This document shows, one piece after another, positions 12,535 through 23,124 of a DNA stretch of 42,998 nucleotides. Below the pieces are notes generated by a model that saw only the letters and a program-made list of their open reading frames with translations, had not been told where the DNA came from and did no database searches. The position numbers were made by a program, and so were the translations under genes. Each line of letters begins with the position of its first letter. Positions within the stretch are counted from its first letter, which is position 1. The DNA is from Hyphochytrium catenoides (lineage: Eukaryota; Protista; Hyphochytriomycota): contig FLMG01002053.1 in NCBI GenBank assembly GCA_900088475.1, positions 1-42,998 of the forward strand, in the 5' to 3' direction.

Positions 12535-14934
12535 ATGAGTCTCAGTCAAGCTACTATTACTTGGGATGCCTGGATGGCCTGTCTCAACCATGCACTCTCC
12601 TGCGAGACGGAAGAGGTCATGGGAGTTCTTTTGGGAAGCTTTGACCATGACGACAAGCAGGTCAGAAGGCGTGGGAGAGAGATAGAGAGATGGCAGAGAG
12701 AAAGAGAGATCAAGAAGAGAGAACCAAGAGAAACGCAGGACAAGCACGAGACGCTTTGAGAGTAATCTCTTTCCTTGCTGACAAAGCACTGAGTCGACTC
12801 TTTCTGGCCCTCTTCCTCTTCTCTTCTATTCTTCTTCTCTCTTCCCTGCTGCTGTTGATGGTCTGCGTTCCAGTGTCGAGCGATCGGTGTCACAGTCCAT
12901 AACGTGGTAATCCTGAAGAGGCTGGACAAGAGGAAAGACAGGGTGGAGATCAGTTCCGAGGACCAGGCACAAGCCATAGATTTGGCGCAGATATCCTTTT
13001 CAACGCGAGGAAAGATAGAGAGCCGATTAAAACCAAAGCCATAGGACTGCAGAGAAAGAGACATCAATATAGGAAGAAAGAAACAAAGAGAGATCAGAGA
13101 GAGAACCAAATTTTAGAGGGAGAGTAATTACTAAAGAGAGAGAGGCAGAGAGAAAGAGAGAGAGGGGAGGAGAGAGAGAGAAAGAGGAAGAGGAAGAGGA
13201 AGAGAAAGCGAGATATGAGGGAGAAAGAGAGATATGAGAGAGAGAGAGAAAGAGAATGTGTGAGAGAGAGAGAAAGAGAATGTGAGGGGGAGGAAGTGTA
13301 CTAGAAAAAGAGAGAGAGAAAGAGAGAGGGAGTAAGACAGTTGTTTCGCTGTCCTTAACTCCTAGCACAGCATTGAAGATAGGACAGGGCTGCGTACAGG
13401 AGTGGTTGGCTGGTACCATTCTCACCCTCACATCACTGTCTTTCCTTCACACGTCGGTAAGGCAGACAACTCCCTCTCCTCCCACAGCTGCCATACACTC
13501 GCTTTTGCGTAGCTTGCACCGTTACGTGCTCGTCATGGCTAGCTTCTCCTTAATGTCTGTCCCTTGGTCTTGTCCTTATCTAGTGATTGACTCTAAGGCT
13601 GCTCTTCTTCAGTCTCTATCTCTTAATCTTCCCTCTCTCCTCGTCTCCGCTCCTGTCTGTTTCTATTTCTCTCTCTTCTTTCTTCGCTTTCAACGATCCT
13701 CTTTCCGGTACTAGAAGAGAAGGCACGAGATTTCTCCCATTCTTGTTTCTCTCATCTCCTCACTCTTTTTACCTAGACCTCCGCACTCAGCTTCAGTATC
13801 AGGCGATGAGCTCAGGCTTCCTAGGTCTCATCTTCTCATGCTTTTCTCAAGACGCACAGACGAAGGTAAAATGTGACCACAAAGGAGATGCCTCTAGAGC
13901 TTGGCACACCTTGCTCATCTCTTCTCTCTTGCTTCTTCTCACGCCTCCATACTTTCGTTTTCTACAAACACAATAGGGCGAGCAGATATCTGTCATTGCC
14001 TTTCAAACAGAGCTAAGCCATGGAAGTCAGAAGGCGAAAGAAGTCCCGTTAACAGTCGTCCGGAACCCCTCGTCTCTCTCTCTTCCTGTTTCTAGCTCGC
14101 CGTCGGCTTCTTCTCGCCTCAAGATGCATCGTAAGCGAAAACGGAAAGAGGAGAAAGCTGACGAGGGGCCTGCTGCATTAGTTCTAGAGCAGATGACTCG
14201 GCTTCCTGTTCTTTTGCTTGAAGAGAGTAAGAGTGACTATGAGAAATACAGCGGAAGAGAAACGACGGCCACAGAGAGAACGAGCAAGGAATTGCAGCGA
14301 ATACACTGTTCTTTGGTCTACCAGAAGGGACTTTGCCTGCTCACTGAGCAAGTGGCTGCACCCATGATGACCTCACTCAAGGACAGAGAAGTGCAAATGA
14401 GAGAAATGCAGGTAGGATGCCCCAGAAGGTCCGCCTCGCGCAGGTTTCACCTCTCTCTTGTCATGACCTTCTCTTTCGCATGTCTCTCTTATCGGCTGCA
14501 CATTTCTGTGGGATCTACGCGCTGTCATCTCCTTGCGCCGTCTTTCTTACATAACGTTTCACTCTTTCTTCCTGTCTGTTTCGTTTCATTGGGTTCTTCT
14601 CTACCTATGCTGTCTAAGGCAAGTCTTTTCCTTGCTCTCTCTCTCCCACTCTCTCTTTCTCTTTGACTTGGTCGAGCGCCCTTCCACACCGCACTTCACA
14701 AAGCTCATTCTAAAAGCCTTTGGTGACCTTGTGACACGTTCTCCAAACTCGCTGCACGCCTGCTCGTAAGGTATCCCTCCATTGACCATCACTTGCTTCT
14801 CCTCTATATCGGACCTTCAACAGATCCCGGCAGCCAAGACGGAGCTGTCTCTTCTCTATCAGCAGCTTCCAATGACACAGCAGAAAGAGTTCCGCCTCCG
14901 ATTCCCAGACCTGATCAAAGATGTCTGCAAGTAA
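12535..14934 (+). CDS. BRCC3: Lys63-specific JAMM/MPN+ deubiquitinase BRCC36 (6 exons)
   Basis: Spliced motifs CLNHALSCETEEVMGVLLG, KRLDKRKDRVEIS, VVGWYHSHPHITVFPSHVD (JAMM motif), LRTQLQYQAMSSGFLGLIFSCF and VIAFQ, followed by a helical C-terminus. Stop TAA at 14932-14934. Confidence 0.93.
12991..13368 (+). other. U12-type (minor spliceosome) AT-AC intron in BRCC36
   Basis: 5' site ATATCCTTT at 12991, branch TCCTTAAC at 13352-13359, AC at 13367-13368. Excision gives in-frame DLAQ|SIEDRTGLRTGVVGWYHSHP. There is no GT between 12991 and the next in-frame stop. Confidence 0.93.
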
Positions 14935-15573
14935 CGTAAACCGGCATTTAGAGATCAGACGAGAGACGGGACAAACGAGTCCCCTACGAAGTCTCCAATT
15001 CTGTTCTCCAGCGCCCTGTCATCTATAGTCCCTCCTTTCCACAGCCCGAAGCGAGCCCTTCTCTCTCCCCATGTTCTGGTCACACCAACAGCATAGAGCA
15101 GCAAACTAGAGACGAAGACCAACGCATCCCTTACGCTCTACTATGGTCCGATGCGCCGCACATGACAGGAAGAATGTAGCAAGCAAAAATAAGGACTAAT
15201 GAAGGACTTGTGAACCAAGAGATGCGGGCCAATAGCAGGCGGAAGAGAGGAAGGTTCGATCCAAGCACCTTTCTAGATAAGAAAGTCGCCCAAAACCACG
15301 ACTTGCTTAGGACGGTTGTCTTAGAAACCTGCTGGACCATGGAGACTGATGAAGAGACTCTGAGCCGAGCAATGCGAGTCAGCAAAGAGATGATAAGGCC
15401 CAACACGCGCTGGGTGAGATGTCCCAGCAGTAGTGACGTTGAATAAAGTAGAGAGTGCACAAGGTGAGAGCTGAACTGAAGGCGTAATAACAATCAATGT
15501 AAGTACTTCATTAGCTGTTTATGGACAAGAGTTTGGAGGGCTACACTTTTCCCTAGGCTCTCCAGTTCGGTCT

Positions 15574-16584
15574 CTAGGGATGTGCCCTCTGTCTCTCTAT
15601 TAGACAGTTCACATGTGTATAGAACCACTCCGCCTGACTTGGAGAGAAGAACTGAAGATCAAGTGACCTCTTCCCACTAACTATAGAGATACAATGAGAT
15701 TCGGGCACCGCCTGATGTACCCGCTTGAAGACCGGCGTCTGATGGCCTTTGAAGATGTTCAGGATGTCACAAAGCTTCAGTCCAATCCAGCCTCCCTCTA
15801 CCTCCAACTCCTCTGCAAAAGGAGACATCGGCGGCTTCTGCTCTCCTGGCTTTTCCCTCACGCTATCGGGAGAGCTTGGGCTGAAACTCAGCTCTGGCGT
15901 ACCATTCTCTGTCTTTCTGGCTCTTGGACTGTTGATCACCTCTCGTAAGTGAGAAGCAACCTTCACATTGACATAAGTCGCGGCCTTACTCTCCCACTTT
16001 AGCGTAGTCCCATCCTCGTCCAGTATGACCTTTGTCGTATGTGGATACCCTTTCCTTCCATGCTTGATGACTTGAATGCCCTGCCTCATCATTGACTTGA
16101 ACCCTTCATGCATCATCTCCTTCACCCTGCCTTCCTCTTTCTGAAGACGCTCCTCTGGGGTGCGACGATATGGCGCCAACCAGCGGTGGGTGACCAGCTC
16201 TTCAGCTGTGATCCTACTGCTTGGATTTGGGTCTAACATCCGCAGAACGGCATCCTTAGCGTCTGCACTTACGTCAGCCCATTGCTCTGCCTCTGGATCC
16301 AAACACTCCATATTCCGGACATCTTTCCCATCCGTGAATTTCTCCAAGTTCTGCAGGGCTGTGGCGCTTTCAACAGAAAACGGGAACGATCCGACGAGCA
16401 TGACGTAGCAGACTACACCCAGCGAAAATATGTCACTTGCAATGCCATAGGGCAGGCCCTCAAATAACTCTGGGGCAGCATACTCTGGTGTACCACAAGA
16501 CTTGAGGAGTTTGTCTGAGCTCGATCGCAGCTGTTTAGCTAAGCCAAAGTCAGCAATCTTCACATGGTCACCATCCAAAAGAAT

Positions 16585-16617
<33 letters not shown>

Positions 16618-17850
16618 CAGGGCATGGTAGTACCGCATGGCCTCTGCTATGGATGCAATTAGCTGGGCCGCTTGCTCTTCTTGAAAGCGAGAAAGTGAGA
16701 TGAGCTTGTCGCATAGATCGCCTCCTTTCATATAATCAAATAATAAGAAGCAGATCTCTCCACAGTGGTAGAACTCATGTAAGGATATAAGCCCTGGATG
16801 ATGAAGCTAGAGAAGAGGAAAAGGGGATAGGTTAGCGTCTCTCAGCTCCCATAACTGAAGTCAACGAGTTTTTATTACCTGTTTCAAAATCTCCACCTCG
16901 TGCTTGATTGCCTCCGTGTACTTGGCACACTTGACCGCATAGACTGCTCCANNNNNNNNNNNNNNNNNNNNNNNNNNNNNNNNNNNNNNNNNNNNNNNNN
17001 NNNNNNNCAGCTCGTAGCGCTTATGAAAGAGCTCTGCTTGATGTCTCCCTTCCTTTTGCCGTCTAACAGCCTCCTCCTTGTCCGCTTTCTCCTTGGGGGA
17101 CTCGCCTTTGACCTGTCCGCCTACTTCAATGAGAGATGCATCTCTTTCTCTCCTCAGTCCCATGACCTTGTTTCGTATACTGCTTGCCCATTGATCCCTC
17201 AGCTCTAATGATTCCGCCTGGAAGTACATCGGTTGTTCGCTGGCAACCCATTCTCCCCTTTTGTCCAAGACCTCCACATAAGAGAGCGAGAAGGCACACT
17301 CCCTATCATCGATCCACTCGATGGTAGTATTGATAGTAAAGCGCAATTCTCCTCTGGGTTTCGAATGGTCTCGAGAGTTGTACCAGAGGAGTCCATCGCT
17401 TTTTAAGCGGAAGAAGCGCCTCTTCCAAGTTCTCAAAAAGCCAAAAGTGTACGTAGGCCTTGCGAGGTAACCTGCCAGCACCCTCCTCGAAAGGGTTGCT
17501 GCTGCTGTCGCCGGGAACCATCCTTTCTTGACGGTTTGAGACTCCTGTGGAAGTTCCACACTCGTCCCTTCACCATTCGAATCGTCTGCTGAAAGGCCCG
17601 GCTTGTTAGTAAGCGCTGGTGATGAGACTATGACAGCAACGGGACAACAAGCTTCATTCTCTGACAAGGTGCTAGAGGTGTCATCTGAGTCCTCACTTAA
17701 CGTTTCTTCGCTTATCCGCACATTGTAGCCACGTATAGCGCTCTCATCTGCAGAGTCTCCGTCTACATCAATCGTATTCGCACTCGAAGAAGGCGAAGTG
17801 GACTGAACTCTCGGCACCTTCGTCTCATTTACCAACAAGGTCGCTGCCAT
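15574..17850 (-). CDS. Ser/Thr protein kinase (CAMK-like) with N-terminal PH domain and C-terminal PH-like domain
   Basis: PH domain GYLARP...TWKRRFFRL...FQAES...RDQWASSI. Kinase motifs YAVK, HRDIKPEN, DFG and CGTPEYAAPE. C-terminal VIKHGRKG...LKW...SIVSGKRSLDL. One GT-AG intron at ~16808-16878; the Gly-rich loop falls in the N gap. Confidence 0.92.
16952..17007. other. Assembly gap inside the kinase N-lobe
   Basis: N run. Confidence 1.
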
Positions 17851-19502
17851 AGGCTCTGTACGCTGTTCTGAGATAATATTGCAAAACGGTTCTCCACAAT
17901 CAGGAGGTGAAGTAAGAGAAATTAGGCGAAAATAAAGCCTTTTAGAGCTCAAGAAAAGCAGAGCTCCGCGTCGGAATGACGGGAGCGAGAAAAACGAAAG
18001 TTAGGCAAGTTTCGCGTTAACTCATTTTGCAGCTTCCATCGTGCTCTTTCTCTGACGTTCCATCTCACTCTTTCTCTCTCTACATACCTTATTCGTCAGT
18101 CTTCTCCGTAACTCTTCCAGAATCTTCCTCGAGCTTGCCGTCTCTATTGTTGGGCTCGGCACAGGTTGGAAAGAAGAGGGGCGGCTCCTTTCCGTATTAC
18201 TATGCCACGTAACTTTACAAATTGGGAAAGAAACCAGGGCTGTGGAAATATTTCCTTAAAGGCCCACTAATATACGGCTTATTGGTTTTGAAGTGTACAG
18301 ATCAATGTTTCAAGTGCGTAAGACAACCTGGGACTTTGGGGTTAGTAATATGGATCTATATCAGGCGAAGTTATGGTATCAAGCGTTAATAGGCCTCACG
18401 ACGGAGCTCATGTTCAATAATAGGCCGGGATGGGAGGGCGACCATTGTGATGAAGCCCCTACGATGGGTGGGAGGTATTACGGTCGGCGTTTTTCGGAAG
18501 TTGATAAACACCGTCATTATACTAACAAGCTTCTGTTCGTAGACCGTACGCCAACCATACAGCTTAGTATTCTGCATTCTTCTGCGTTCCCTTTTTCTTC
18601 ACCAATCCACAATATCAAGAAATAAATTAGAAGCTTACTCTTCTTATTACTGATATAGAACTTGTATGAACCATCTATTTGGGATGAAGGTGATGTGTTT
18701 GCCCTCATTGTGCGGTTACAGAACCGATTTTGAAAAGTTGGCCCGCGCGGCGATGGCGACTTTCCTGACTTTTTGTCTCGTCATCGGCAACCTTTGACCT
18801 TCATCACTCCAGACTGTGCTCTCCCAGCCAGGAGGACCCCAGCTGCTTGCGTGCTCGAAGGCCAAGTGCCGGCTGATGTTCAGGTTTGCATGCTTCAGAC
18901 AAACGCTTATTGAAGACCAGCTGAGAGGAACTTGTTCCCAGATATAGAGAGGTATTAACACTCTAGAGACGACAGCTGGCAAAAATATGATCGTAAGGGG
19001 TGTAGAAGGGTGATTCCTCGTGCTGTGGGGATGATGATCAACGAGGCCCGACTGGATAGAGACCAATAACGTGTCGCTGCGGGTGTCCTGTCTGATGTTC
19101 CGCGGTCTCGTTCTAGAATTTTCACTTCTGCTAAATTTCTGGAACGAGGCTGGCTCTTAAGGCTTCGTAGTTGGGAACTTCAGCTTCTGGTGTTCAAGCT
19201 GCTAGCTCAGGACTATAAGCAGTAGCAGTACATAGTAGCATCTTGTTGTGACTCATCAACTTGTCAGCAAGGACGGTCGTCCATAAGCGAGGTATTAAAT
19301 ATGTGAATATTCTCCTGCCGCATTGCAGGGGCAATGCTGTGCTAATAGCCTCATTCGATCTTCAAGACTGAACAAACTCCTCTCCACTGACCGTAGAATA
19401 GCTCCTGGTGCTCGTCTGTGCTTGCCTCTCTCTCACTCTCTCTTTCCTTCCTGTCTGTCTGTTATATATGTGGATATACATTTCTTCATCGTGAACTACA
19501 TC

Positions 19503-22352
19503 TTAGGCCTGCACAACTAGGAAGTAACTGTTACTGGAGACGGTCTCCTGGACTGTGTCAATTGTGCCCGCAAACGCTGATACCTCCTATAGAAACACGA
19601 GTTACAGGACGGTGAGCATAACTTCGCAGAGAAATTAGTGGAGTAGGCCCTAGAAGGTAGACGGCCGTAAGGAACTGAAAGAACAGGCAGTAAGGGGAAG
19701 CCAGATGGATGCACAAGGAACCCCAGAAGAAGAAAACCATAGCGACTTCCACCAAAAGAGACGACTAGCAGCTAGGAGAGCCACCCGAATGGCGCTCTTT
19801 ATAAGTGGCTTGTCCCCCGTTGACCCCTAGCACCCACCTGGAGGCACCTAAAGGCATTCTTTCCGACCTTCAACACTGATTTGAAGGCAGGACAAGGGAG
19901 CTGAGGCAATGCAGAGTTGCTGTCTGGACTGCTTAGAAGCACTTGTTCAGTGCTGAATGCATCCACTCTGAGGAAAGCATTAGGGGAGGGTTAGTGACAA
20001 CCAGCAGTAATGTGGACCACTGATAAGGGTCTAAAGAGAGACAAGGTATGGCGCAGTGGTCTTTGGAACAAAAAACGAAAAAGCACCAGCAAGTCACGGC
20101 AGGAAGCTCCTTTCCGACTACAAGGCAAGTGATAACAGCAAAAAGGAAAAAGACGCTGGAGACAGCGGAGGGGGGCGACCTTAGCAGTAGAATTGATAAC
20201 TAAGGAGCACTTACTCGTCCTGAAGTGTGAGAAGTACGGGAGCCTTGACCTTGTGAAAGGTCGAAAGTAGCTTTCTCCATCCGTCTGCCGATAGGTCCAG
20301 CATAGAGATGTTAAACATTACTATCAGGTCGGGTCGGATGGAGTTCGACTGCGCTATAAATTCATGGTAGGGTAGTGAATACAGCTTGAGCGATAAGGGA
20401 GAATGAGCCTTCTTTGACGGAGACCGAAACTCTTGGAGAGGCATTGACGTTAGAGTAGACACTCCAGGGCCAATGAACGAGATCTCAACCTGTGAAAGAC
20501 GATGAGCAGTGATGCCATAGAGGTGAGTCAATGATTCAGATGAACACGAAGCCAATGACACACCACATAAGGATGTGAAATAAGGTTGCTGAGCATTTAC
20601 ATTGGAGTATTCGGGGAGGAAATTGGCCACTTCGGCGAAGGATAAGTGCGCGAACATGCATTCTCGGTCCTGGATTGGATCCACAACATGGATCCTTAGG
20701 GTTCGCTTAGGCTTCAGAGCTGACGTCAAGAGCATATTGCGACAGGCTGGAGTTCGTAAGGGAAAGGAGGAGTGAAGTAAGCATACTGACCTCAGTTGTT
20801 GACCAAGGGAGGGAAGACGGACACTATCAACGGCAACTACCTGATACTACGGTCATAGCCCATTGTGTCAACCAAGTAAGAGCTCGGACATGCGGGCTGT
20901 AAAAGCCAGCGTTGAAAGAGCCGACTTCCCTGTCTCTGAGTGAAAAGTAACTTTCCCAGCCGTCCAACGGGCGATCAAGGTCTTCGGGCGTGAGAGGCTA
21001 GTCAAGGATAAGAAGGCACGATGAGAGAGAGAGAGAGCATCCCAAAGCAGATAGTGAAGGTGTAGCAGACGAAGATAAGATGGACATACGGCGGATCGGA
21101 GATGGCCAATCAAGGAGTATAGTTGAACCGGAACGACTTTGAAGGAAGAGGAGAAAGGTAGATGGGAAGAGGATAGTACCTCTGCATTGGACATGAAGAT
21201 GTTCCAATCCTGAAGAACGGCGGCGAACTCTTTGCCATCTGAGAATATTTCATCTTCGAGGCAAGCCCTGATGGATAAGGCCGCACTGAGAGCTTGAAAT
21301 GCCATTGCCCACCTTGTCCGCTTTACCCTTGACACCCAGCCCCCGACTTTCCGCCCCTGTCTTTTGGGCATACCTCAGTTTGCGGCATTTCTGTTTGTGA
21401 AGCGCGTTCCAGTCAACCTTCTGGTGCTCCTTGGAGCAGTAGTAGACCATCTTACAGGCAGAACAACGGGTTAACCTGGATTAAAGCAGACGATGTGCAA
21501 GAGAGGCTCCTTAGTCGCACCCTAGCAGAAGCAGAAACAGAGCGATATGTACTAAACAGCAGGTTGATATGAGATCAGAGATCATCAATCAGTCACAAGT
21601 CAGGAGAAAGTAGGAGAGCTAGACAGAGAGCAGGACAAGGTAGAGTTACTCGTGTCGTGCAAGGAGATAGGAATTCGTACAAATTCAAGAGAGCTAGTAG
21701 AGTTCTAAGAAATTGCAAGAGATGGCAGCGGACGTTAAAGAGAGAGAGCACAGAGCCGCCAAAATTATACAGTCCGTTAATCAGGCCCATACTTCTGCGA
21801 CCGTGTCCCGCAATGCGCACACATCTTGCGGCTCTCTAACCAGTCGTGCTGGTCTTGTTCGCTCACTTGTAGCTCGGGAGACGGCGCATTTGAGCTCGAC
21901 TCATGATCTGCTGTGTGGTCCCTGATACCAAGCGCAGCTTTCTGCGTGGACTCATCCAGCACCTGAAAGGACACAGCGAAGCGTCACAAGGGAATCAGCG
22001 TTTAAGCTTTGGCAGCTAGCCTGGACAACAACCAGCAATGCTAGACGGCGGGAGACATGGCAGGAGTGAGACAAGGCGGTTGCTGAGATAAGAAGCAGTA
22101 ATGCACTTCGCCCTCTTGCCGCCCTAGCATACGACCGACCTGGTAGGTGCCTTTATCTCCTCTAAAGTACCACCAGATCACTCCTCCAGCTAGGCAAGGT
22201 GAGAACAAGAAGAGTAATAGGAGGAAGATGGGAATGAGGGGGAAGATGGCCGCGAGAACGAGCACCGAGACGGCGATGGCTGATGGTGACTGCAGGACTG
22301 AGGCTGCCAGATCCTTGAAGGCGGCGGTGACCGTTGGAAGGCTGACCTCCAT
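19503..22352 (-). CDS. MYND zinc-finger protein with MSS51-like C-terminal domain and N-terminal transmembrane segment (about 7 exons)
   Basis: Spliced MYND finger CAHC...LTRCSACKMVYYCSKEHQKVDWNALHKQKC, then GWESYFSLR, LRIHVV, ISFIGP, YHEF...PDLIVMFN, PVLLT, KNAFRCL and a final exon ending SNSYFLVVQA*. Hydrophobic VSVLVLAAIFPLIPIFLLLLFLF in exon 1. Confidence 0.8.
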
Positions 22353-23124
22353 TTTTTCCCTGCCTCTCAAGCCGTCACAATGACGATTGGTATTGACCTT
22401 AGACAGTATGTCCCTCCCGGCAGATCGCAGTGGGGTATAGTAGCCTTTCCTGAATGAAGGCTAGCTAACAGGTGGCTTCAGCAGGAGCAGTGCTAATAGG
22501 GAAGGAAACTATGCATGGCGCCTAATAATAGAAATAATGACGGGCGCCAGCAGGCTATCTCTTGAAGATGCTGGGCATCCGACATCTTTGCACTTTCTCC
22601 GTTTTTTGACTCAATGAGTCTTCCTCCTTCTCCTTTATGTTCAGCTTCACATTTCCCAGATTCTGAAGATTCTTGTTCTCACCTCCATGTCCAGTTACCA
22701 ATCGAACTGCTTTAATTGATTTAATAGGCAGTCTAGTTACCGATTATAGACTGAATATTGATATTTATGTGATCAGTTTGATGTTTGATATGGTGTTGAT
22801 GAAGATTGAAGATCGATCGTCATCCAAGCGGCAGAGGAGGCACAGAAATCTTTCTGATGAAATCTGCTAATCTGCTTCTGAAGCTTGCTTCTGATCAAAC
22901 ATAGACCAAGGCTGCTGGACTAGTGGGTCATCCCAGGCCTCTCTATGCCCTTGCATAGCCTATCGGTGGGACGCTGCGCGCTGACTCGGCCATGTGCTTT
23001 CTGATAGGCCTTCGCGCAAGTTCAATCTGGCGGCGTTGGCTGGCCTAGGAAGAGATCGCCGGTTGCTAGGAGTTTCCGAAGCGGAGGACTGAACTTTGGT
23101 GAGGTGAAGAAAAGTGAACAAGCC

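Noticed and set aside
9600-14700. Many short ORFs with SLSLSL or RERERE content
   Set aside because: Translation artefacts of (CT/GA)n microsatellites and antisense shadows of real exons.
15253-15262. GGTTCGATCC tRNA T-loop-like motif
   Set aside because: No T-stem or cloverleaf pairing around it.
16781-16789. Minus-strand ATATCCTT in the kinase
   Set aside because: Falls in coding sequence (HPGLISLHEF).
22790-22895. TGATGA/CTGA boxes suggesting a C/D snoRNA
   Set aside because: No terminal stem or recognisable guide; the motifs are short and lie in an AT-rich divergent promoter.
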